Shown one piece after another: positions 16,973 to 25,745 of a stretch of 54,596 nt of DNA; the first letter of the stretch is position 1; every line of letters starts with the position of its first letter. The notes under the pieces are model-generated. The model made no database searches and was not told where the DNA came from. It saw only the letters and a list, made by a program, of their open reading frames with translations. Source of the stretch: Bacteroidales bacterium GP2 (lineage in GTDB: Bacteria; Bacteroidota; Bacteroidia; Bacteroidales; Muribaculaceae); assembly GCA_001701115.1 (NCBI GenBank), contig DAAJ01000122.1, positions 30,545 through 85,140 of the forward strand. Direction: 5' to 3'. A program made the translations under genes and the position numbers.

Positions 16973-17623
16973 ATGACAAAATCATACTACTCCTTTACAT
17001 TTTTATTGCTGACGCTACTTTTCTGCGTCTGCCTGATAGTGTCAAACCTTATGGAAATCAAAGTGGTGGATTTAGGATTCATCACTGTAACCGCCGGAGT
17101 GGCGATATTTCCCGTCTCCTATATAATAAATGACTGCATTGTGGAGCTATATGGCTTCAATAAGGCACGCATGGTGATTTGGCTCGGATTTGCAATGAAC
17201 CTGCTCGTGTCTGTGCTTCTTCAGGTAGGGCTCTGGCTTCCCGGCGCAGCATCATGGCAAGGACAGGAGGCAATGCAACTTGTATTCGGAGCTGTCCCGC
17301 GTATTTTTGCGGCAAGTTTCCTTGCATTTATATGCGGTTCACTTGCAAACGCCTATGTCATGCACCGCATGAAAGTTTCTTCCGGTGGCAAAGGGCGTTT
17401 CTCTGTCCGGGCTATTGTTTCCACACTTTGGGGAGAGGGCATCGACTCGCTTATATTTTTCCCCATAGCATTCGCCGGAGTCCTCCCCTTCAGCACTATT
17501 ATTGAACTTATCATAACACAGGCGTTGCTGAAAACCGCATACGAAATCCTTGTGTTGCCACTAACGATACGCACAGTAAAATTCCTCCGCAAAACAGAGG
17601 GAATGTCAATACAATCAATATGA
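16973..17623 (+). CDS. yhhQ: queuosine precursor transporter (YhhQ/DUF165, VUT family)
   Basis: 216 aa polytopic protein. FPVSYIINDCIVELYGF and GEGIDSLIFFPIAF are typical of YhhQ. Confidence 0.8.
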   Translation: MTKSYYSFTFLLLTLLFCVCLIVSNLMEIKVVDLGFITVTAGVAIFPVSYIINDCIVELYGFNKARMVIWLGFAMNLLVSVLLQVGLWLPGAASWQGQEAMQLVFGAVPRIFAASFLAFICGSLANAYVMHRMKVSSGGKGRFSVRAIVSTLWGEGIDSLIFFPIAFAGVLPFSTIIELIITQALLKTAYEILVLPLTIRTVKFLRKTEGMSIQSI

Positions 17624-18354
17624 AAAATCCTGCTACTCCGGTAATAGACCGTTCCACTACTTCAGTCGTATGGCTTGACCTTGACGATACTCTCATCGAT
17701 TTTCAGGCAAATTCGCTCCGTGCGCTCGAAAAGGTCTATTACTCAGAAAACCTTTCCCGGTATTTCGCTTCGCCACAGGAGTGGAAAGACAGGTACAGGT
17801 ACTACAACCAGAAACTTTGGAAAGAGTACGCAGCCGGGCAAACCGACAGGAGTACCTTGAAGATGGAACGGTTTCGGCTTCCTCTGGTTGAAGCAGGAGA
17901 ATCACGCGACAATGCCACTGGATTATCAGTGCGTCTCGACAAAGTGTATCTTGACCTGCTCGCAAAGGAAAAACAGCTTGTGCCGGGAGCAATGGAGCTG
18001 CTTGGGCGCATACGGGAAGCCGGGCTTCCCATTGGAATACTAAGCAACGGATTTGTGGAAGTGCAGCACCGCAAGATTGCAAGCGCAGGGCTGACCGGTA
18101 AAATTGACATAGTTGTCCTCAGCGACGACATAGGTGTAAACAAACCCGATGTGCGCCTTTATGAATACGCGATGAAAGTGAGCGGAGTCACCGACAGCAG
18201 CAGGCATATAATGATAGGTGACAACCCGGACACAGATATTGCCGGAGCACTTGCCGCAGGATGGAAAGCCATACATTTCTGCCCGGACAGCGCGGGAATG
18301 CTGTCACAAAACTGCTGTTCTGTTGACAAATTAGACCTTATAACCATTAAATAA
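17620..18354 (+). CDS. HAD-superfamily hydrolase (YjjG-like nucleotidase subfamily)
   Basis: DLDDTL (motif I), LSNG (motif II) and GDNPDTDIAGA (motif IV). ATGA overlap with yhhQ. Confidence 0.75.
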   Translation: MKNPATPVIDRSTTSVVWLDLDDTLIDFQANSLRALEKVYYSENLSRYFASPQEWKDRYRYYNQKLWKEYAAGQTDRSTLKMERFRLPLVEAGESRDNATGLSVRLDKVYLDLLAKEKQLVPGAMELLGRIREAGLPIGILSNGFVEVQHRKIASAGLTGKIDIVVLSDDIGVNKPDVRLYEYAMKVSGVTDSSRHIMIGDNPDTDIAGALAAGWKAIHFCPDSAGMLSQNCCSVDKLDLITIK

Positions 18355-18520
18355 TCATTGATTACGCTAAAAAAGTGAGGGTTATCATAAAAAAACGCCC
18401 TCCTCATACTTTCAATTGAAAAAAAATTACGATATTTGCACTTGCAAAATGGCAGGCATTCTGCCATCACGCACAAAATATTGAACTTCAACGTATTAAA
18501 AACATAAAAATATTAAAGTA

Positions 18521-18802
18521 ATGACTAAAGCCGATATCGTTACCGAGATTTCCAAGAGCACCGGCATCGACAAAGCCAACGTTCTTGACACCATCGAGAA
18601 GTTTATGGAAGTTGTTAAAGACTCACTTTCACATGGCGAAAACGTGTATCTTCGTGGATTTGGCAGCTTCATTGTCAAGACACGTTCTCAGAAGACTGCC
18701 AGAAACATCTCACAGAATACTACTATCATCATTCCCGAGCACAAAATCCCCGCTTTCAAGCCTGCCAAAGTGTTCATGGATGAGGTGAAAGGAGAAGAAT
18801 AA
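18521..18802 (+). CDS. hup: HU family DNA-binding protein
   Basis: 93 aa. MTKADIV...LRGFGSF..K.R..K.ARN..T......IP....P.FKP is the HU/IHF signature. Confidence 0.9.
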   Translation: MTKADIVTEISKSTGIDKANVLDTIEKFMEVVKDSLSHGENVYLRGFGSFIVKTRSQKTARNISQNTTIIIPEHKIPAFKPAKVFMDEVKGEE

Positions 18803-18865
18803 GTCTTCCACTCCTTATATTATAATAGCAAATCACTTCTATCAATAACATAAAGGTAAACTACA

Positions 18866-18955
18866 ATGCCCAGCGGAAAGAAAAGAAAAGGCCACAAGAT
18901 GGCTACTCACAAACGCAAAAAACGTCTGAGAAAGAACCGTCATAAGAAGAAATAA
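18866..18955 (+). CDS. 29-aa Lys/Arg-rich peptide, probable ribosomal protein bS22 (AURKAIP1/mS38-like)
   Basis: Hand translation: MPSGKKRKGHKMATHKRKKRLRKNRHKKK. It resembles the recalled bS22 pattern ([20 protein letters not shown]). It sits between hup and rng and is below the ORF-track cut-off. Confidence 0.55.
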   Translation: MPSGKKRKGHKMATHKRKKRLRKNRHKKK

Positions 18956-19082
18956 TTTCTTGCGGTTTTAAAAAGACCAAGCTATACAAGGGACAAACTT
19001 GAGGATCGTCTCCAATAAAGCGGAATCGGCCTGAGTTTGTTCTTTGTTTATAGTAACCCCCTAAATTCACCCGGATAATAAA

Positions 19083-20705
19083 ATGCAAAGCGAATTAATT
19101 GTCGATGTACAGCCCAAAGAGGTGAGCATTGCTCTCCTTGAGGACTCACGTCTTGTTTCCCTGCAAAAGGAATCAAGAAACATCGCCTACGCTGTCGGTG
19201 ACATTTATCTGGCTAAAGTAAAAAAACTTATGCCCGGGCTAAATGCCGCATTTGTAAACGTAGGCTACGAAAAAGACGCTTTTCTCCATTATCTGGATCT
19301 TGGCTCACGATTCTCCTCATACTCATCTTTCCTCGAAACAGCGCTTGCGGACAAGAAGCATGTCCCCTCTGTGTCTAAGATGAAGCTGCTGCCCGACATA
19401 GACAAGCATGGAACCATTACAAACTTGCTTAGCCCCGGACAGGAGCTGATGGTGCAGATTGTCAAAGAACCCATATCCTCCAAAGGACCGAGGCTCACCA
19501 CAGAGATTACCCTCACAGGCAGATACCTTGTGCTTATTCCATTTGGCGACAAAATCTCGATTTCGCAAAAAATCAAGACCACTGAAGAAAAACTCAGGCT
19601 ACGCCAGTTGATTGAGAGCATCAGACCGAAAAATTTCAGCGTGATCATACGCACATCCGCCGAGGGAAAAAGAGTGGCTGAGCTTAACCACGAAATGAAA
19701 ACGCTCCTCCAGTGCTGGGAAGACACTGTTGCAAGAGCGCAGAAAGCAACCGCGCCCGCACTCATTTTTGAAGAAGAAAGCAGGATTGTCGGAGTGCTCC
19801 GGGATGTTTTCAATCCCTCGTTTGAAAGCATCATTGTTAACGACAGCGAGATTTTTTCACAAATCTCCAAGTACGTCAATTTGATTGCACCTGAGAAAAA
19901 AGACATTGTAAAGCTCTACGACAAAGACACACCTATTTTCGACCACTACAATATTACCCGGCAGATAAAGTCATCTTTCGGCAAAACCGTGTCTTTCAAA
20001 AGTGGGGCATACATTATCATAGAGCATACCGAAGCGCTTCATGTAATAGATGTCAATAGCGGCAACCGTTCCAAAGCTGCAAACGACCAGGAAAGCAACG
20101 CCCTTGAAGTGAACATGAGGGCGGCGGAAGAAATCGCACGGCAGCTGAGGCTGCGCGATATGGGCGGCATCATTGTCATTGACTTTATTGACATGGCTAA
20201 GTCAGAGCACCGGCAGAAGCTATATGAGCACATGCGCACAATCATGGCAAATGACAGGGCACGCCACAATATATTGCCACTCAGCAAATTCGGGCTCATG
20301 CAGATTACACGCCAAAGAGTGCGCCCCGCCCTTGACATCGTCACCGCCGAAGAGTGCCCCTCGTGCTACGGCAAAGGCATTGTGCAGCCGTCACTCCTAT
20401 TTACCGACACCTTGAAAGAAAAAATTGAATATCTTGTAGATGACCTCAAGGTTTCGGACTTTATCATGTATGTGCATCCTTATGTTGATGCGTTCCTGAA
20501 AAAAGGATTCTTCTCGCAGTACCGCAGATGGAGAATGCTCTTCGGCAGGAAATTCAAGATTCTGCCAGACCAGTCGCTTGCATACCTTGAATACAAGGTG
20601 CTGGACAAGGACCGGAATGAAATAGACCTTAAGGAGGAAAAAGACATTGATTCCTCCGCTACAAAAACAAAAAACAAAGCCAAGAACAGAAACCTGGAGG
20701 AGTAA
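19083..20705 (+). CDS. rng: ribonuclease E/G family (RNase G-like)
   Basis: 540 aa. S1-like N-terminus (GDIYLAKVKKLMPGLNAAFVNVG) and a catalytic region (HVIDVNSG, GGIIVIDFIDM). Confidence 0.9.
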   Translation: MQSELIVDVQPKEVSIALLEDSRLVSLQKESRNIAYAVGDIYLAKVKKLMPGLNAAFVNVGYEKDAFLHYLDLGSRFSSYSSFLETALADKKHVPSVSKMKLLPDIDKHGTITNLLSPGQELMVQIVKEPISSKGPRLTTEITLTGRYLVLIPFGDKISISQKIKTTEEKLRLRQLIESIRPKNFSVIIRTSAEGKRVAELNHEMKTLLQCWEDTVARAQKATAPALIFEEESRIVGVLRDVFNPSFESIIVNDSEIFSQISKYVNLIAPEKKDIVKLYDKDTPIFDHYNITRQIKSSFGKTVSFKSGAYIIIEHTEALHVIDVNSGNRSKAANDQESNALEVNMRAAEEIARQLRLRDMGGIIVIDFIDMAKSEHRQKLYEHMRTIMANDRARHNILPLSKFGLMQITRQRVRPALDIVTAEECPSCYGKGIVQPSLLFTDTLKEKIEYLVDDLKVSDFIMYVHPYVDAFLKKGFFSQYRRWRMLFGRKFKILPDQSLAYLEYKVLDKDRNEIDLKEEKDIDSSATKTKNKAKNRNLEE

Positions 20706-20722
20706 GCGTACTCCCGAACCAT

Positions 20723-20768
20723 AAAAAAGCGAGCGGGCAACCTGCAAGGATTGTCCGCTCGCTTTTAT
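20723..20768. terminator. bidirectional intrinsic terminator between the convergent rng and sigma genes
   Basis: 12-bp stem GCGAGCGGGCAA (20729-40) with TTGTCCGCTCGC (20751-62), flanked by an A-run and a T-run. Confidence 0.85.
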
Positions 20769-20783
20769 TTATCCGGCATAATT

Positions 20784-21377
20784 CTATACACTCAAAGCAA
20801 TACCGTTGGTTTCGGCAATCCGCCTCATATTCAGTATTGCGTAACGCATCCTGCCCAGTGCCGTGTTTATGCTCACCCCTGTAGCATCTGCGATTTCCTT
20901 AAAACTCATATCCTTATAATAACGCATTTCAAGTACCTCGCGCTGCGCGTCCGGCAACACCTCCACAAGCCTGCGCACATCCTCATGAATCTGGGATGCA
21001 ACCATTGAATCCTCAACAGTTCCTTCACTCAGCTCCTTCCGGTTAAGCAAAATTCCGTCCGTTGAATCAGACGACACTGTATTGTCGCTCTTTACCTGAC
21101 GGAAATAATCAATGATAAGATTGTGGGATATGCGCGAAAGCCATGCGCCAAACTTGCCGCTCTCATTATAGCGTCCCTGCTTTATGGTAGTGATCGCTTT
21201 TACAAAAGTTTCCTGGAAAATATCATCCGCGATATCATTGTCACGGACATAAGAATATATGAAAGTAAATATACGGTTCTGGTGACGTTTGAGCAGAGTA
21301 TCAAACGCTTCATTCATTCCTGCCGCGTATTGCGCCACAAGGGCTTCATCCGGCAGATTTGCTAAAGTATGATTCAC
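20784..21377 (-). CDS. ECF-type sigma-70 family RNA polymerase sigma factor
   Basis: 197 aa. Region 2 (DIFQETFVKA...GAWLSRISHNLIIDYFR) and region 4 (LPDAQREVLEMRYYKDMSFKEIADATGVSINTALGRMRYA). GTG start. Confidence 0.85.
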   Translation of the reverse strand: MNHTLANLPDEALVAQYAAGMNEAFDTLLKRHQNRIFTFIYSYVRDNDIADDIFQETFVKAITTIKQGRYNESGKFGAWLSRISHNLIIDYFRQVKSDNTVSSDSTDGILLNRKELSEGTVEDSMVASQIHEDVRRLVEVLPDAQREVLEMRYYKDMSFKEIADATGVSINTALGRMRYAILNMRRIAETNGIALSV

Positions 21378-21601
21378 TGGTCTAAATTTTATGGTTTAGA
21401 GTATCAGTGTATCTATAGGCAATTCAGGTTTTAGTTAATAAATCAATTGAGTACCACTGCGCCACGGTTATTAGACGCGCTATTTAACCACAAAATTAAT
21501 AAAAAATCCCTATTACAGGCGAGCAATGCTGTTTTTTTCAATATTTCCCGTTAAATTTACATTTTCCTTTGCATCACCGCCGTACCTCAAAAATAAAATT
21601 G

Positions 21602-21609
21602 TACCTTTG
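21602..21609 (+). promoter_or_regulatory. TAnnTTTG promoter motif (TACCTTTG) for the cdsA operon
   Basis: Ends 62 nt upstream of the ATG at 21671. Confidence 0.5.
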
Positions 21610-21670
21610 TGAGAGAGTTGGCATCATATACGCCATGATACCATTCATTGCTTAATATGTTTATGTATTA

Positions 21671-22525
21671 ATGAAAAAGATATTAGTCAGGTCATTGTCC
21701 GGAGCTGTGTACGTTGCACTGATTGTATGCTCCCTGATGTTCGGAGGCAAATGGGCTTTTCCGCTCCTTTGTGCATTGTTTGCCCTGTTAGGGGTTGCGG
21801 AGCTTGAAAAAATGGATGCAACCAATGCCGGCTCAAGCGTTTCCCTTAAATTCATTGACATGGCGGCAGCATTTATAGCCGTTCTTTTCCCAGCTGTCTC
21901 TGTCAGCGCTCCTTTCCAGGCTGCGAAAATCTATCTGCCGTTAGGAATCTCCCTGTTGATGCTGCTGTTTATTGCTCGCCTGGTTTTCCAGCTGTACATT
22001 AAAAACGAAAACGCTATTGCAAGCATATCTTCCGGTGCAATCAGCATCCTATATGTGGCTTTGCCATTAAGCTGCATATCGCTTATTTCCGTAATCTCTG
22101 GACCTGCAGTTGTGCTTGCAATGTTCATTATGATATGGATTAACGATACCGGTGCTTTCTGCGTTGGTTCAGCATTCGGCAAGCATAGGCTTTTTGAACG
22201 TATATCACCGAAAAAATCTTGGGAAGGCTTCTGGGGCGGATTTGTTTTCAGCATCGGCGCGGGAGTATTCATCTATTACCTCTTTGGCGGATGGGCACCT
22301 GGTCTCAGCCTTGTGATGATGTGCATAATGGGAGCTGTAGTTTCTGTTTTCTCCACTTTCGGCGACCTTGTCGAATCACTTATAAAGCGGACTGTCCATG
22401 TCAAGGACAGCGGGCACATCATGCCGGGGCATGGCGGTATCCTTGACCGCATTGACTCCCTGCTCCTCGTATCCCCTGCAATGGTTATTTTCCTTATCAT
22501 CGAATCACTTTCACGATTTTATTAA
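21671..22525 (+). CDS. cdsA: phosphatidate cytidylyltransferase
   Basis: 284 aa polytopic protein. C-terminal signature SPKKSWEGFWGG...FGDLVESLIKR...KDSGHIMPGHGGILDRIDS. Confidence 0.9.
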   Translation: MKKILVRSLSGAVYVALIVCSLMFGGKWAFPLLCALFALLGVAELEKMDATNAGSSVSLKFIDMAAAFIAVLFPAVSVSAPFQAAKIYLPLGISLLMLLFIARLVFQLYIKNENAIASISSGAISILYVALPLSCISLISVISGPAVVLAMFIMIWINDTGAFCVGSAFGKHRLFERISPKKSWEGFWGGFVFSIGAGVFIYYLFGGWAPGLSLVMMCIMGAVVSVFSTFGDLVESLIKRTVHVKDSGHIMPGHGGILDRIDSLLLVSPAMVIFLIIESLSRFY

Positions 22526-22536
22526 ACTAACATATT

Positions 22537-23703
22537 ATGTCTGACCGTCGATATAACCTCCGCGGAGTAAGCGCGTCAAAGGAAGATGTGCACAACGCAA
22601 TAAAAAATGTAGACAAAGGTCTGTACCCTAAAGCTTTTTGCAAAATCATACCTGATATTCTCGGTGGCGATGCCGAATGGTGCAACATAATGCATGCCGA
22701 TGGAGCAGGAACCAAATCATCCCTTGCATACATGTACTGGCGTGAAACCGGTGACCTTTCTGTTTGGAAAGGCATTGCCCAGGACGCACTTATCATGAAC
22801 ATTGATGACCTTCTTTGCGTAGGCGCAACTGACAATATACTCCTCAGCAGCACCATCGGCAGAAACAAAATGCTTGTTCCCGGAGAAGTCATTTCGGCAA
22901 TTATCAACGGCACAGAGGAGCTCCTCGAAGATCTGAGGCAAAATGGCATTGGAATTTACAGCACCGGTGGAGAGACAGCCGATGTAGGCGATTTGGTCCG
23001 CACAATCATTGTTGACAGCACTGTCACCTGCCGCATGAAGCGAGCAGATGTCATAAATAACGCTAATATCTCTGCTGGAGATGTGATTGTGGGACTCGCT
23101 TCTTTCGGACAGGCTACTTACGAAAAAGGATATAACGGAGGCATGGGCAGCAACGGACTGACCTCTGCGCGCCATGATGTATTTGCCAAATACCTTGCGG
23201 AGAAATACCCCGAGAGCTACGACAGCGCAGTGCCGGAAGAACTTGTCTATTCCGGTTCACGCACACTGCTGGATGAAGTGGACGGTTCCCCGATTAATGC
23301 AGGGCTTCTGGTGCTCTCCCCCACCCGCACATACGCCCCTGTTATCAAGAAAATACTCACCGAAATGCGCCCGCAGATACATGGAATGGTACACTGCTCC
23401 GGCGGCGCACAGACAAAAGTGATGCACTTTGTTGAAAACAAACATATTATCAAGGATAATATGTTTGACGTGCCACCGCTGTTCAAATTAATCCAGAAAG
23501 AGAGCGGAACCGATTGGGCGGAAATGTACAAAGTATTCAACATGGGGCATCGCATGGAAATCTACCTTGCTCCTGAGCATGCGCAGAAAGTAATTGAAAT
23601 CAGCGAATCATTCGGCATACCCGCCCAGGTTGTAGGCAGAGTTGAGGAATGTTCACAGAATAAACTTACCATACTGAGTGAATTTGGCAAATTTGAGTAC
23701 TAA
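22537..23703 (+). CDS. purM: AIR synthase-related protein (phosphoribosylformylglycinamidine cyclo-ligase, Bacteroidetes long form)
   Basis: 388 aa. N-terminus RYNLRGVSASKEDVHNAIK and DGAGTK resemble the Bacteroides PurM-type protein. Confidence 0.75.
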   Translation: MSDRRYNLRGVSASKEDVHNAIKNVDKGLYPKAFCKIIPDILGGDAEWCNIMHADGAGTKSSLAYMYWRETGDLSVWKGIAQDALIMNIDDLLCVGATDNILLSSTIGRNKMLVPGEVISAIINGTEELLEDLRQNGIGIYSTGGETADVGDLVRTIIVDSTVTCRMKRADVINNANISAGDVIVGLASFGQATYEKGYNGGMGSNGLTSARHDVFAKYLAEKYPESYDSAVPEELVYSGSRTLLDEVDGSPINAGLLVLSPTRTYAPVIKKILTEMRPQIHGMVHCSGGAQTKVMHFVENKHIIKDNMFDVPPLFKLIQKESGTDWAEMYKVFNMGHRMEIYLAPEHAQKVIEISESFGIPAQVVGRVEECSQNKLTILSEFGKFEY

Positions 23704-25102
23704 GCAGCTGCGATACATCATCGCGTTAGCTGTGCTGGTTGTCGGCACTGCTGCATATCTGCTGACCTGCTGCTCCGGCAACTCATCGGAGCAGTCAGAC
23801 TCTGCCGCCAAATCAATGCCTGACACACTCAGGGTCGGAACCCTTTACAGCCCAACTTCATATTTCTTGTACCGTGGCGAAACAATGGGTTACGACTATG
23901 ATATGGTAAAACGTCTTGCTAAAGACAAAGGCATGGTACTCAGACTCGAAGTGGCGCCAAGCCTGCAAAGGGTCATAGAAATGCTTGATTCAGGGAAAAT
24001 TGACCTTGTTGCATACGAAGTGCCTATTACCGGAGAATATAAGAGCAAAGTTGTGCCATGCGGCATCGAAACAATAACCCACCAGGTGCTTGTACAGCCA
24101 AAACGTTCAAAGCAAGGGGTTATCAAAGATGTGACGGAACTTGTTGGCAGGACTGTCTATGTTGAAAAAGACAGCAAGTACCACCACCGTATGGATAACC
24201 TTAACGAAGAGCTTGGAGGTGGAATCGAAATAATACCAATTGACCGCGATACTCTCATTACCGAGGACCTCATCGCTATGGTTTCACGCAAAGAAATCCC
24301 GCTGACAATTGTTGACTCTGATATCGCACGCCTCAACAAGACATATTTTAACGACCTTGACATCACGCTCCAGATTAGTTTCGCGCAAAGGGCAGCATGG
24401 GGAGTAGCCCCCGGCAAAAAATGGCTTGCAGACTCTATTACGGAGTGGATGAAAGAGGAACAGCCCCGCAAAACACGTGACTCGCTGCTAAAGCAGTATT
24501 TTGAGAAAGCTAAACCGGACCGGCGCGGACGAGTGCAATTCTCGCTTGACCTATCCAGAGGACGAATTTCTCCTTTCGACAATATTTTCAAAAAATACGC
24601 GTCATACATACATTGGGACTGGAGGTTGCTCGCATCGCAAGGATATTGCGAAAGCCATTTTGACTCAACCCAGGTTTCATGGGCGGGAGCGCGTGGAATA
24701 ATGCAGCTTATGCCAAGCACCGCACGCGCCTATGGGCTGACTGAGGAAACAATCATCCAGAATGATGCCAATATCGGTGCAGCAGCAAAAATTGTCGAGA
24801 ACCTGAACCGCACACTTGCGCCAAAGGTGCCCGATCCCGAGGAAAGGAAAAAATTCATCCTTGCCGCATACAACTCAGGTCTCGCACATATCCTTGATGC
24901 CATTGCTATTGCCCAGAAGTACGGTCTTAATCCTCAGAAGTGGGACAATGAGGTGGAAAGTGCACTCCTGATGAAATCCAATCCGGATGTTTACAATGAC
25001 CCTGTGTGCAAATATGGTTATTTCCGTGGAAGGCAGACCTGCGAATACGTACGCCAGGTTTATGAACTCTACGACAATATCCGGCAGCAAATACCCGCAT
25101 AA
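23678..25102 (+). CDS. MltF-like lytic transglycosylase (solute-binding-protein-like domain plus SLT domain)
   Basis: 474 aa. SBP_bac_3-like N-terminal half and an SLT catalytic region (QGYCESHF...GARGIMQLMPSTA...AYNSG). The GTG start overlaps purM by 26 nt, so the exact start is uncertain. Confidence 0.8.
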   Translation: MNLANLSTKQLRYIIALAVLVVGTAAYLLTCCSGNSSEQSDSAAKSMPDTLRVGTLYSPTSYFLYRGETMGYDYDMVKRLAKDKGMVLRLEVAPSLQRVIEMLDSGKIDLVAYEVPITGEYKSKVVPCGIETITHQVLVQPKRSKQGVIKDVTELVGRTVYVEKDSKYHHRMDNLNEELGGGIEIIPIDRDTLITEDLIAMVSRKEIPLTIVDSDIARLNKTYFNDLDITLQISFAQRAAWGVAPGKKWLADSITEWMKEEQPRKTRDSLLKQYFEKAKPDRRGRVQFSLDLSRGRISPFDNIFKKYASYIHWDWRLLASQGYCESHFDSTQVSWAGARGIMQLMPSTARAYGLTEETIIQNDANIGAAAKIVENLNRTLAPKVPDPEERKKFILAAYNSGLAHILDAIAIAQKYGLNPQKWDNEVESALLMKSNPDVYNDPVCKYGYFRGRQTCEYVRQVYELYDNIRQQIPA

Positions 25103-25125
25103 CAACACATTTATATATAGTAATT

Positions 25126-25671
25126 ATGAAAAAGAAGTATCTATCCGTGGCTGTTGCCGTGACTCTCGCATCATCATTGATGTTCTCATCATGCGTCGGC
25201 AGCTTCGCCCTCACTGGAAAACTCCTGAACTGGAACAAACAGGTTGGAAACAAATTTGTCAACGAACTCGTTTTCTTTGCTTTCTGGATTCTCCCTGTAT
25301 ATGAAGTAAGCGCGCTTGCCGATGTCCTCGTGCTCAACAGCATCGAATTTTGGAGCGGAACAAATCCCGTTGCTGCCGGCAAAAAGGTAATTGACGGACA
25401 GGACGGACGCTACCTTGTTGAATGTGACGGAAAAGGATACACCATTACCGGTGAAAATGACGGCAGCGTGGTTCGCCTGGACTTCAACGAAAAAGATAAC
25501 AGCTGGAGCGTTACAGCAAACGATGTCACAATGCCCCTAATGACATTTGTTGATGACAACCATGTGGCGCTCCCCTCGCCTGACGGCTCAGTAACAACAG
25601 TAGAACTTTCACAGGCTGGTGTTTTTGCATACCAGCAGATGGCTACCGCACAGCTCTGGGCACAAAAATAA
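25126..25671 (+). CDS. DUF3332-like lipoprotein
   Basis: 181 aa with lipobox FSSC. GSFALTGKLLNWN...NELVFFAFWILPVYEV matches my recollection of DUF3332. Confidence 0.6.
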   Translation: MKKKYLSVAVAVTLASSLMFSSCVGSFALTGKLLNWNKQVGNKFVNELVFFAFWILPVYEVSALADVLVLNSIEFWSGTNPVAAGKKVIDGQDGRYLVECDGKGYTITGENDGSVVRLDFNEKDNSWSVTANDVTMPLMTFVDDNHVALPSPDGSVTTVELSQAGVFAYQQMATAQLWAQK

Positions 25672-25688
25672 ATCCAGGTTAAACTAAC

Positions 25689-25728
25689 AAAAAGCCCTGC
25701 ACTTCAAATTAAGAAATGCAGGGCTTTT
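25689..25728. terminator. bidirectional intrinsic terminator
   Basis: AAAGCCCTGCA (25691-701) pairs with TGCAGGGCTTT (25717-27). It lies between the convergent genes ending at 25671 and 25746. Confidence 0.85.
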
Positions 25729-25745
25729 CATATAATCTATTGTAA

